A stretch of DNA of 63,318 nucleotides, counting the filler. It is 7 parts of 7 records of this genome, joined end to end, with 100 filler letters (N's around TTAATTAATTAA, not from the genome) between each part and the next. Parts side by side here need not be neighbours in the genome. Positions count along the whole stretch, not along the records: positions 29,976 to 37,680 come from SRR20825019_2248; positions 37,781 to 49,813 come from SRR20825019_2252; 5 more parts are not named here. One strand, written 5' to 3'. Positions within the stretch are counted from its first letter, which is position 1. Each line of letters begins with the position of its first letter. The position numbers and the translations under genes are program-made. Shown here piece by piece: positions 33,242 through 45,140 of the stretch. The notes beneath the pieces are model-generated. The model was given only the letters and a program-made list of their open reading frames with translations. It was not told the DNA's origin and did no database searches.

Positions 33242-34527
33242 CGAATCAGAGTAATACTGCCTTTAAATACTTGCTCATCCTCATCTCTCAATTCGATCAC
33301 GTAGAAGTAAACTCCTTCCGAAAGTTGCGCTCCTCTTGTCGATGAGCCATCCCACGCTTTCTGATCCGTATAACCAAGAATACTATTGACTTCTGCACCC
33401 CAGCGATTGTAAATGGAAATAAAAGAATTCGGGAAAGAATGAAGACCTTCAATAATCCAGGTGTCATTTTTTCCATCTCCATTTGGACTAAATGTATTCG
33501 GAATCTCTATTCCTGTTTCAACAAACACGGTAGCTTGATCTGTAAATGTACAACCGTTTTGAGTTGCAGATAGCGTATAAATGGTTGTTTCAGTGGGAGA
33601 GGTAACAGGGTTTAAAGTTTGCGGATTGCTTACCAAAAATGAAGGGCTCCAATTAAATACAGAAGCACTCGTTAAGCCACCGAGGACAACCGATTGACCA
33701 GCATTGATTGTCTGATCTGGGCCTGCGTCAACAAGAAAAGTAATGACAGAAATTGGATTTCCAGTTACGGAAGTTACTTCAGAACAGAGTGAATAACAAT
33801 CTGTTTCTACACTAACAATATCACCATCTTGAAGTGATGTAGTTTGAAAAAAAGAATCTATTGTTGTGGCAACTAAAATTCCATTGACATACCAGCGGTA
33901 ATCTGGGTTGTCAGGACAGTCAGTTGTAACAGCAGTTAATGTCGTAATCTCTTGTGCACAAACCGGAGCAGTTGGCTCGATCAAAGAAACAGAAGGAATT
34001 GGACGGTCAACCCCAGGACCAGAAATGGCTACATCAAAAGTGCACTCTGCGGGAAGCACAATTCCACCTCCAGTGTTATCTCCATCAAAAACAACGTAGT
34101 AAGTCGTATTTGGCGTAAGACCAACCGCATTCAAAACAAAATTTCCTGTTTCATTTGACACGCAAGTCCCAGCCAGCGATAGCGTGGAGCCATCACAAGG
34201 AAATCCAGCCTGAACAATTGCTGCTTGAAGCTCAACATCTTGACCAACTGAAATTTCAAAAACCAAATTCGAACAAGAAACAGTTACATTTCCTCCGATT
34301 GCATTCGTTGTGAAAGTTGTCCAAATAGTATTGTCTGGAGCGAAGCAAAAAGCAAAAGCATCATCGCAGGTAGGACAAACCGAAACGTTTGCGTCAATGT
34401 TATTTATTGAATAAGTTTGGTTTGGACAGAGCTCGAGAGCATTACTACAAGTGTTGTATACTTCCTGCGAATGGACGTAAAAACACGACCAAAAACACAT
34501 TAACATAAATATAACAACTCCTCTCAT
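33238..34527 (-). CDS. T9SS type B (gliding motility-associated) C-terminal domain protein
   Basis: C-terminal IPNTFSPNGDGKNDTW...IYNRWG...WDG...GVYFYVI...KGSITLIR; signal peptide; Cys-rich Ig-like body (DAGPDQTI). Confidence 0.92.
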   Translation of the reverse strand: MRGVVIFMLMCFWSCFYVHSQEVYNTCSNALELCPNQTYSINNIDANVSVCPTCDDAFAFCFAPDNTIWTTFTTNAIGGNVTVSCSNLVFEISVGQDVELQAAIVQAGFPCDGSTLSLAGTCVSNETGNFVLNAVGLTPNTTYYVVFDGDNTGGGIVLPAECTFDVAISGPGVDRPIPSVSLIEPTAPVCAQEITTLTAVTTDCPDNPDYRWYVNGILVATTIDSFFQTTSLQDGDIVSVETDCYSLCSEVTSVTGNPISVITFLVDAGPDQTINAGQSVVLGGLTSASVFNWSPSFLVSNPQTLNPVTSPTETTIYTLSATQNGCTFTDQATVFVETGIEIPNTFSPNGDGKNDTWIIEGLHSFPNSFISIYNRWGAEVNSILGYTDQKAWDGSSTRGAQLSEGVYFYVIELRDEDEQVFKGSITLIR

Positions 34528-34562
34528 ATAGACATGAACCCCCTTAAATACTAGGTTTTTAA

Positions 34563-34570
34563 CAAAATTA
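34563..34570 (-). promoter_or_regulatory. Bacteroidota -7 promoter element TAATTTTG
   Basis: Exact match to the TAnnTTTG consensus about 36 nt upstream of the ATG at 34527. A near match (TAACTTTA, 32277-32284, - strand) precedes the 32252 gene. Confidence 0.55.
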
Positions 34571-34671
34571 AGATAAATTTACCGATTGATTTACCTTGTA
34601 AGAACGGACCTACTCCCATTTTGGCACAATAATAGGACTTTTCGTGAATACAAATAGTAAAAGCTTGGCTT

Positions 34672-37600
34672 ATGAAAAAAATAATTACACTCGGAATTAG
34701 TCTCTTTTTGGCCTTGATCACTTTCGGTCAACGGTTGGACTACGATAATACCTCACGCTGGTTCTTTGGACTAAACGCAGGAGCCGCTTGGAACACCACT
34801 GATGTCAAGAATGACACAAAAGGAGGTTGGGGATTCATTATCGGAAAGCAATACAACGCGAATTATGGAACGGCGTTTAGCTATGATCTCAGACTCCGCT
34901 ACCTTGGTGGACGCTGGAATGGTCAAGATTTTGACACAACAAATCTTGGGCATTTAGGACCAGATTATAATGGAGCACTTCTTCCATACAAGGACAGTTT
35001 AGGCTTTACAGTGAATAACTTTGATGCACGTGCTCATGAATTGGGTCTCGAATTTGCAATTCACCTTAATAGATTTACGGATCGAACAGGTTGGGATCCG
35101 TATATTTTCGGTGGGGCAAACGTAGTTTGGAACCAGACGAAGGGTAATTTATTCAATGAATTCAATCAGCCGCCAAGCATTTACAATTACGACTCAACAG
35201 GATTTTCTCCTTCCAACGTAAATGCTTTTCAAGACAACAATTATGAATCTATTTTGGATGGAAGTTCAAACACCTTTGATGTTGACTTCATGCCGAGTCT
35301 GGGAATTGGTCTTGGCTATCAAGTTGGACCTCGCTTTTCAATAGGTGTAGAACATAAAACAACATTTACTCTAGCAGACAATTTTGATGGTTATCAAGAT
35401 GCAACTCCTCAATGGGGAATTTTTGAAAACGATATTTACCATTACACAAGTGCATATTTGAGATTTGGTTTTAGAACACGTGCAAGTCGACCAGTTCAGC
35501 CACCACGTCCAGTTGATCCAGTTGTCAACAACCCAGTGCAACCAACGGACCCTGTTCAGTGTCAAGACCCAGTAATTGGCTTGGTTAGACCTAACCAACA
35601 CACAGTTACAGTTACAGAAGGTTTTTATGTGTTTAGCGCAAATGTGAACTATGTTGCAAACAGAAGTGACATCACGCTAGAGGTAAACGGAATACCGACG
35701 ACAAATTTCTTATATAATCCTCAAACACGTCAAGTTGAAACAAACATTCAACTCAATGCAGGATCAAACAATGTGAAAATCACAGCGCGAAATGCATGTG
35801 GAAGCGATTCCGAGTTTGTAACAATCGTTTATGATGATTGCAACGAACCTATAGTGAGATTTGAAAGCACATGTGCCAATGGAGCAAGTGTATCTTCAGC
35901 AGCTTATGCAGTGAGAGCAAATGTTCAAAATGCAGCAAACGTTGTGTTTACGTTGAATGGTGCTCAAATCAGCAATTTCAGCTATAATCAAACAACTGGA
36001 GCCTTTTCTAGCAATGTAACTTTGAGAAGAGGACAAAATACAATTCAGATTACTGTAACAAATGAATGTGGAACAGACACACAAACCATTTCAGTGAACT
36101 ACACAGAATGTGCTGATGCTTATGTAAACTTCTTTGCTGGGAATGGAGCAATTGTTCAAAGCCAAGATGCAAATTATACAGTGCAAGCGTATGTAGTAAA
36201 CGTAACAAGCAAGAACCAAATCGTATTTAAGGTAAATGGAGTAACAAGAAGCTTCAATTTCAACACTGCGAACGGATTATTGGAAAGTACAGTTGGACTT
36301 AACGCAGGACAAAATACAATTCAAATTGTAGCGACGAATAATTGCGGAACAGACACAGAAATCATCTCAGTTGATTATACGCCATGTGTTGATCCAACGA
36401 TTCAAGTTTTACTCCCAGCGGCAATGTCAAGTACAGCGCAATCTGGAACTCAGTTGATTCGTGCTAAAGTGACAAATGTTGCTACAGCGAATAGCATTCA
36501 AGTGTTTGTAAATGGAACAGTTCAGTCAGGAGGAGTCTTTAATGCTGGAACGAAAGTATACGAGAAAACTGTTGCTCTTCAGCAAGGGATAAATACGATA
36601 AAAATTGTTGCAACAAATCAATGTGGTGCAATTACACAAACGATTACGGTGAACTATAATCCATGTGATAATCCTAATGTGCAATTGATCATGCCTAGCG
36701 CAAATGGCGGTTTAACACAGAATCCTGCGCAAGTTGTTCAAGCAATGGTGTTTAACACAACTGGAATGAATCAAATTCAGTTGTATTTGAATGGAACGCT
36801 CCAATCAGGAGGAGTTTACAATGCAGCAAATGGACTGTATCAAAACACAGTAACTCTAGCGGCTGGAATGAACACTATTCAGGTTGTTGCAACGAACAAC
36901 TGTGGTTCGGATATTAAAACAGCTACTATTGAATATAGAAGATGTAATGTTCCTACGATTACAATGATTTCACCAACGGCGAATCCATTTTATACGGATT
37001 TACCAGGAGTGAATATCTCAGCAGTTGTTACAGGAGTAACAGGTGAAAATCAGATTACCACACTGGTAAATGGAATCACAGCAGACGGCGGTGAAGGATA
37101 CAATAACTCAACGAATACATATACAAACCTTCTGGATTTGGCTGTAGGAAACAATGTGGTGAAAATTACAGCTACAAACGACTGCGGAACAGTTACGAAA
37201 GAGATCAATATTATTCGTGAGGAAGAAGATCCTATTGTAGTAGACGAAATGATCACAATTTGTTATATCCGTCCAAACAATGTTGGTGACCCTCAAACGA
37301 TTCAAATTCCAGCATCTCAGTGGCCAGCTTATCAAGCGCAGGGAGCAACTTTAGGACCTTGTCCAGTACCAGTTGACGAAGAGATAATAATTTGCATGGA
37401 AATAGGAGGTGTTGCGACTCAAATGACAATTTTAGAGTCTCAATGGCCAACTTATCAAGCGCAAGGAGCTATACTAGGAGCTTGTCCAGAAATAACAAAA
37501 ACAATTTGTTTGGATGGAACAACACTTCAAATTCCAGAATCGCAATGGCCAGCTTATCAGGCACAAGGAGCAACGGAAGGCACTTGTCCAGATGTACCAG

Positions 37601-37680
37601 CAACTATGATCATTTGTAAAAAAGGCGTTCAGCTCGAAATCTTAGTGAGTGAGTGGCCTGCATACCAAGTTCAAGGAGCA
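34672..37680 (+). CDS. Outer-membrane beta-barrel protein with six Ig-like repeats and C-terminal QWPAYQAQGA repeats; 3'-truncated
   Basis: Signal peptide; amphipathic strands (WFFGLNAG, DPYIFGG, GIGLGYQV, YTSAYLRF); Pro-rich linker; six G.N.(I/V).I...N.CG units; four W-P-x-Y-Q repeats. Confidence 0.8.
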
Positions 37681-37780
37681 NNNNNNNNNNNNNNNNNNNN
37701 NNNNNNNNNNNNNNNNNNNNNNNNTTAATTAATTAANNNNNNNNNNNNNNNNNNNNNNNNNNNNNNNNNNNNNNNNNNNN
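37681..37780. other. Artificial contig spacer
   Basis: N44-TTAATTAATTAA-N44. Confidence 0.99.
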
Positions 37781-37962
37781 ATGGTGAGCGCAAGCCAGGT
37801 CCGTCCGCGGGCCGATGATTCGGTGGCTCGTCAACTCGACGCGTCGGGTTCCGGCCGTCATGGCCTGCAGCCCGAGGGGCCTGCCGGCGGCATCGAAGAG
37901 GGTCGTTACTTTCAGTTGATCTTCCCTTGTATCAATAAAAGCTTTATCGAATTCCGATCACA

Positions 37963-40900
37963 TCACGGACCGTCCGCCCCCGAGTTGCTCGAAGTTCTCA
38001 TGCGGATCAATGCCATAAGGGACGGCCGCCTCGACCCAAGCCACCCCCGCCGGTGCCCCGGGCCATCTTCGCTCTCACTGCGTTGCGACGACGAAGGGAT
38101 ATTCCTTGGCGCGGTGTCTGATACTGCGGACAGACCACTGGGCTGAACTGGTCCCATGGTGCCCCCGCCGTCACCTGTCGAGTGCTGCGATGCGATATCA
38201 TTTGTCCCCGTGTCACTGGACTCGGAGGGAACCATCATCCTCGAGTCTTTTCTGCTAAGAGAGGGCACTAGGTAAGACGACCACACGCGCCGGTTGGAGG
38301 GCGCACGCCGGGCCCCGGCCGTGGTCTCCTGGTCACTGGTCGACTGGCCATCCGTGAATCGTTCGTCGGGATTCGGTTTGGCTGTGGTGCCCATCTCCGA
38401 ATCCTTGAATCCGAGACCCATCGTGTGGTGCGACCTCAGCTGCCCCGCTGGCAGTGGGCGGTCACGCAGCCCCGTGGTAGAGTCTGCATCGCTGAGTGCA
38501 TCTTCCGAGTGTATACGAAGCACCTCCTCCGGGGGGCAATCCGTGTCAGCCCCGTCGCTTCTATCAGACCGCTCCGATGACACGAGTCTCTTGAATGTCC
38601 GCCGCCCCAGCAGCTGCACCAGCGACGGCCGGCGAGCCCCTGCCTCGGATGTGGACTCTGCATCACTCGGCTCATAGTCGAGGTTATCGGCATGGCCCTC
38701 CGGGGCGGGAACATCATCGACAATGCCGGGGGGGCCGGGGAGAGAAGCTGCTTTGGGCTTGATTCCGCAGAACGCAAGTGCCTTCTGGGCAGGTATGGTG
38801 AACATGGGAAGACGGATGAGGTTCTTGAGTGCGACACCCGCGACGAGGGTGAGGACGACTGCATACAGCGAGCACACCACCGTGGTGATGATGGTCGATC
38901 CCACCGCCGTGGGCGCGTAATCATCCGCGGACTGTTCCAGCACCCCGAGGATGCAGGTGAAGAGCGCAGCCAGGAGAATCAATATCTCACATATGTTGTC
39001 CTCCTGGTGGGAATAAGGCCTCCGCTTCAGTGTCTGGTGAGTGAACCAGAACAGCAGCACAATCAAATAGAAGAGCTGATCCAGAGCGCTAATGGCCACT
39101 AGGGGAAGTCCGATCACCATGAGAAACTTGAACACGTAGACATATGCCTCGAAGTAATATGCCTCGTCGCGGTGGGCCGCCCACAGGAATCCGTACCGCT
39201 GGACTATGTGGACTAGATGCTTACGCTTGCGGCAATAGACCAGCAAGGCAACGAACAGGGCGGGGACCGAGAAGGAGTACACGGCGAAACAGACTATTAT
39301 AACCGGCAGGAGGTTCATCCACACTCCTCCCGTCACGAAGCACTCCACGTCATTCATCGTGGTCAGGAAATATCGCCCGCTGCCCCTCTCAAAGCACGAG
39401 AAGTGGTCCATCACTGCCGTGTGCATGAACACATAGAATGTGCTTGCCGTCACCAGCAGGACGCGCTCCATGTGGTTGCTGAGGAAGAACACGCCCTCTG
39501 CGTTCATGTTGCAATTGCTCTTCTTGAGGGTAGCGCTGGGTGTCGCTGCGCCCACGGCCTTCCTCTTTCCCATGACCATGCATGCGAGAGCCGCCCCTCG
39601 TAAGATCAGCGTCACCGCCCCCAGCAGCGCAAACAGGATCAGCGGGGGCACCAGCCGCACCACGACCTTTGCAGAATACGTCATGGTGGACGTGGAACAT
39701 TGAATCCCTGATAGAATGTCAACGTTGGGCTGGAGCAGGCTGAACGCGCGCTGAAGAGCGTCCACGGCATCGGGCCACGACACTTTGAGCTGGAAAATTA
39801 CCGTGGACAGCTGCACCAGCCGCACCAGCCGTGCGGGCGCCGCGAAGATCCGGTTGGAGTTGATGGCCGTGACAACCGTCAAATCCTGGAAATATGTAAC
39901 ATCGCGCCGAAGAGTGTGCACATATGGCTTGGCGGAGGTCCGGTTGGAATCAAGGGCGCGGCTCTGGTGCAGGGTGGGCCGCGCCGCGTGCTGCTGGCAG
40001 CTGTCATCCTCCCCTCCCTGGAACGCGTCGCCGCGCACAGTGGCATTCCCGCCCCCGTCGTCATTCTCATCGTCGTCGTCATTCCTCCCAAACATCACCG
40101 GGCCATCGTCATCACCGGCTCCACCATACTCGACTCCCCGATCACCATCATCACGCCCCTTTAACTGGCTCTCGGCCTGCTCCACCAGATGGCGGGTCGT
40201 TACCACGGACCGGGCATCGTTCACGCACAGCAGCATAGTCAGCGCGGCCAGAACACTGGTGGCAATAATCAGAAAAACCGTCAGAACAACGACGTTTGCC
40301 CATAACGGTAGCGACTCAGAGCAGCTCTTGCAGCCGCCTGAAGCGCTCCTGAAGTATCCATCATCGCAGGTCTGGCACGAGTGCCCAACATATCTACAAC
40401 GCGGGAGATCAGCGTCGGTCACTCGAGGTGAACTGCAATATTTCAACGGAAATCTCCCTCAAGCAACAGCACACAATCGTGGCGACCCAGCCCCATCCGA
40501 TGTTTGAACACGACCCCCACAAACCCTTGAAGCACTGTGAACTCACCCCACAGCGCACGTCTCCACACCCCCGGGGCACGCGCTTGCCGGCGAGCACGAA
40601 TATGATGACTGGTCAAAGTCGTACACATCCGTTGACATCGACGCCATGTCCTCGGGCGATTCCGAGCCCGTCGCTTCGATGGAGAAGATGCGCCTGCTCA
40701 ACCGCCCGCCCTTCCTGAGGGTCTCGTTCCGTCGCTGGATGATGGCCGTGGTGCTTTCGATATAGAATCCCGGACTAGCCTCCGGGTTGACCCCCCTCGA
40801 GTTACAATTCGAGTTCGGAGGACACGCCCTGTACAGCGAAGCGTGTCAGCACTATCAGGGCATAATTCCCGATCGGGATGATTCCGAGTCACCTGCATCT

Positions 40901-43900
40901 GTAACCCAGTTCCGGCGATCCGAATTGCTTGGGGGGGCACATGCAGGCAGATGCGTGGGAGCTGCCAGGGGCCGACCTGGACTCGTACGGGCTGGGAATG
41001 GCGGGGTCAGTCATAGCGCAAGGGCCGAGGCCTGACCGTGACACTTGAGCTTGCGTCTTACCACTTCGTACAGGAGGCCATTCCCGGGCGGTCGGTGTAG
41101 TGGTTCTCCGCGCACTGCTTACATTGCAGCGGGTCGTTATCAGAATATGATCCGGCGGGGCTGTGGGTGTGTCAGCAACATCGCGTTCGAGCTCGGCTGC
41201 GCTGGAGGGGCAGCGGCGACCTTACCATGGCGTGCACGCTGCGGTCCCATTCTTCGGCGCCACGAACCCCGGGAGACAGCCGGTGCAACCCGTCATGTTG
41301 GCCCGTGGCTGCTCAGTCCCGACGGGACACTGCTGGCATTGATGCTGGAAGGACCGCGGATTCACGCGTCAGGCCGTGATGTTCATTGGAGTAGACATGC
41401 ATTTCATTCGACGTTACCTGTGCGCCGGCGTCTGAAAACGTGCCGGGAACACACGCCTTGCAGAGGGCGAGTCCTGCGAGGTCGCTGTACTCCCCGGGCT
41501 GGCACCGCACGCCTGACGACCAACGCGTGAATATAAGCACAGACCAATCGGACGGGTGGCTGGGAGGGCTACTTACAAGAATCAATCGCGGTCTGGTTGG
41601 TGAGCGGATTGGCGGTTCCCAGCGGACACGCGTCGCAGTACACAGTGCCGGTCCGATTTGTGAAATGTCCACTCGGGCTGCGGGCCGGGAGGAATGAGGT
41701 GCGTGCGTTACCGCGTGGAATATATGCCGCCCGGATTCTTACCATGCCGCGCAGACGCTTGTCCCAGCGTGTCGTGCAAACGATCCCATCCTGCACGGTT
41801 GGCACGCCGATCCGCTCGCACTGGCCGTCTGCAGCAAATGTGAGATGCCTTGCAGAAATAAGTGCCAATGCGACAGCCGGTCTTCCCGACCTGATTACTG
41901 GCCGTGCCGGGGGGGCACTGGTGGCACGATGGCTGTCCGGTGGTGTTGCTAAAGCTGCCGGGATGGCAAGCCAGGCACCGCTCCTGGCCGTAAAGCGGCT
42001 GGTGATAGCCAGTATCACAGGCGTGGCACGATCCCTGCGAGGTACTATTCTGGAACTGGTTACACATCGCAATGTCAGTGGAACCACCGTGACATCGACC
42101 CCATGCCCGACCCCATCGCAATTACAGCCTCACGCATACCTTGCCAGGGGGGCAGCGCACGCACGCGGCCGACCCCTCGACTGTGTATGTCCCGGCAGGG
42201 CACGGCAGGCACACGCCCACATGGTCCCACAGCGGCTGGTAGGTGCCGGCGGGGCACTTAACGCACTTGAATCCGGTCTTCGCCTCGGACAGCGGCAGTT
42301 CGTACGCCCGTGACCCGGGCGGGCATAGCTCAACCCGGCGCAGATACGTCCCCGGCAGAGAGCTAACGGCGGTGCGAGTGACCCCAGACTCCCAGAGCTT
42401 GCCATTCAAAAGCTCGATGCCCGTGGGCTATACAAAGGTTCCCTCCCCACTTGGGGGGTCCTTTTGGTTGAACCACTTGTTCTCGAGGGTATCGATCTCC
42501 ACACGGTACATCATTCCCACGTTGAAACTCCTCAGGGCGTTGTTGGGGGCTAACTGGCCAGGCTTCAGGTGAACGATTTCTTTCATGTCGTTACGGGTCG
42601 CCGTCGCCAAGTACATTCCGTGCCGGCTTGGCTCACCCGGGCCCACAAGGCCCGCGTGCCCAGGGAGGTACACCGCCCCCCGCGCAAACGACCGCCCGTC
42701 TGCCGGGTATCCCCGGACCACCGCGCGGGTCATGTGGCCCGTGGCGATGTTGATGAGGCCGGCAGCCGCGAACAGGGGCTCGAACCGGGGCCGGAAGAAG
42801 GGATTCTCAAAGCTGGTCTGGAAGGTGCCGGCCCACAGCAGGTCGGTCTCGGTCGCCTCGGATATAGCCGTGAACTCGTCGGCCATGCGGAGCACGCTGT
42901 TGATCGTCGTCCACTGGGGCTGGAACATTCCGCTACCGCTGATCGCCACGCTCGTGGCGAAGGAATCGCCGTTTCCGCGCGTGCCTCCCTGCCCGTTCAG
43001 CAACCCGTGCGTCATGCCAACAATCACCATCACCCCCGCAGCCGGCACCACTATGGCGTCATTGATTTTGACGTCGGCCCGCCCTCCATCGACGCCAAGC
43101 TGGTGTTTGTACAGCACAATGCCGGTTGCTGGCGCCAGGCCCGCGACCCAGACCTGCCGCACCCCCCACGGGTTCTCTCCGTACATCGACCCAAAAGTGT
43201 TGCCCAAAGCCCACACAGCGCCATGCGTCCTAATTGGGCCCGCCCGCTCAATGGCTATCGCTACACATTCGTCATCGCCCCGCGATCCCAGCTGCAACAC
43301 CCAGGCCACGGCGCCCGTCGTCTTGGCAAGTGCGAGCACCACGCCGTCCGCCCCTCCGAGGTTGCGGTTCGTGCCGCTGACGCCGTCGAAGTCACCGGTG
43401 GTCACCCCGCCCGCGAATATGTAATCGGATGTGACGTTTCCGTCGGAGGGGGCGGCGGCCACGGCTAGCAGGGCCTCCGTGCCGTTCTCCGGGCTGTTGA
43501 ACTGGAGCGTGTACAACGTGGCCAGAGATGTCTCGTTGACACACCACAAGACGCCATCGGGGGAGGCTGCAAGGTCGGTCAGTCACGCCCACTTCCACTT
43601 CCACTTCCACAACACAACACAACACAGGAAAATAGAAGGAAAAAACAGAGTGGTCATGGCCTGGGGCTCAGGCGATGAAACTGACAACAGCCCTGCTGAT
43701 GCAACATCACTCGTACCTCCGTCCAAGCTCACGCCAAGGGAGCTGGCGTCTCCAACGGGCCCGCGAGCCCGGCCCACGACCCAGACGCGCCCGTCCGCGC
43801 CCACAGGCTTGCTGCGGGCTACTGCTGTCGCGTTCGTATTCTCATGGCGAATGACCCTTGCCGGGAGCGTTACCTCCCCCTCCGCCGGCAGCCTGAACTC

Positions 43901-44134
43901 TGTGCCGGTGTGGTTCCAAGTGTGCTGGAGTGCCGCGCTCTCAGAGTCCGTACAGCGGGCCACCCCGCACGGCATGGGCGTGAGGGCGCCGGCGCCTGTG
44001 GCCAGCAGCCCGCAGACTACCACAGCCCGCCAGAAGGCACCGTTCGCTCCTCGGTGCCTCCACCCCCGGGCCGTGGCTGTCTTCAATGGCAGGGGGAGGC
44101 CGATCCGACGGGCGGGGGCACGACTGGTCCCCAT
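37963..44134 (-). CDS. Multi-exon receptor-like protein: signal region, SBBP-like beta-propeller, many GCC2/GCC3 (ephrin-receptor-like) Cys repeats, multi-pass TM region, Ser-rich tail; one in-frame TAG at 42428-42430
   Basis: About 10 exons traced through canonical GT-AG introns, mostly with CTGAC branch points (first intron 43567-43716). Motifs: GGVTTGDF..N.GGADG...WVLQLGS.GDD; C..CP.GT(Y/F); TM block with QRYGFLWAAHR..AYYFE and RPY....N. Ends TGA at 37963. Confidence 0.8.
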
Positions 44135-45140
44135 TCCTTCCGCCGCAGTATATCACTATGCCGGCTCTACTGGAGCTCCACTGGAGCTCATGTGCTAGAC
44201 TTTATCGTGACGGCAATCGCGGCGGCCGGATCAAAGGTTGGTGAGCGGGCCATGAGCCCGTGAATAGGAGGGCTCGGCCGGCCCTTGCTGACTGCAGAGG
44301 GCGCACGGCCGCGCACGCCTGCGGTCAGGGCCTGCCAGTTGCGGTCATGATTCAGATCTTCAGCGGACGGCGGGTGCCCGGCCCCGGCTACTGGCCTCGC
44401 GCCACCTGCCGCCCGGTCAGCCACCGGCAGTGGGCGTGCAGGGCAAGCCCCGGCGGGCCGGGCTCAGGGGCCCGGCGGACCCCGGTCCGGCGCCGGCGTT
44501 CGGAGTGACCATCAGCCGACAATCAATGTGAGACCGCACCTACTGAGGAGCTGGGTACGCCGTGTGGGTGCGCCACAGCACTCGGCCCAGGCACGATCCT
44601 CCGACTCAACTAAGCCTGCAGCCAGTTTCAGTGCGCAGATCAGTGATGAGACGGAAGCGGCCGTCACGACTGCCATGGCCACTGCGGCACTCAGGTCCGG
44701 CCGCGCATCATTAACGTTCCTGCCGGACCCGCCGGTCTCGGCCTCAGGCTGACCGCCGTTCGCTACTCCCGTGAGTGTCCGAGCCCTCTGGGCACGACCG
44801 GTCACGCGGCACGCCGACAGGCCGCGCTGCCAACGACTCGGTGGGCGCGCCGGCCGGGCGGCTTGTCAGCGGCCGGAGGCTTGGGCAAGATAGCCGCGGC
44901 GCCAATCCGCATCAGCCCTGTGTCCAGTCGTGTTGAGCCAGTAGACTTGACCTTGGCAGCCAGACTGAGGGGCCCAGGACTCCATGCTGAACGGAGGCCC
45001 AGCAGCCCAAGGGCACACTGTAGTTGATGGCAAAGCTCAGCCCGTGTGTACACAGTCAATATCAATATGTAGGGCCCCACCAACACACTTCCGAATCACA
45101 CCGCACGCTTTGATACACTTAGTCGGTTACAGAAAGGCCA

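Noticed and set aside
40400-42140. Apparent multiple frameshifts in the GCC-repeat region
   Set aside because: All resolve with canonical short GT-AG introns.
43588-43626. Short (CACTTC)n and (CACAA)n repeats
   Set aside because: Intronic microsatellite in intron 1 of the - strand gene; not a CRISPR array or telomere.
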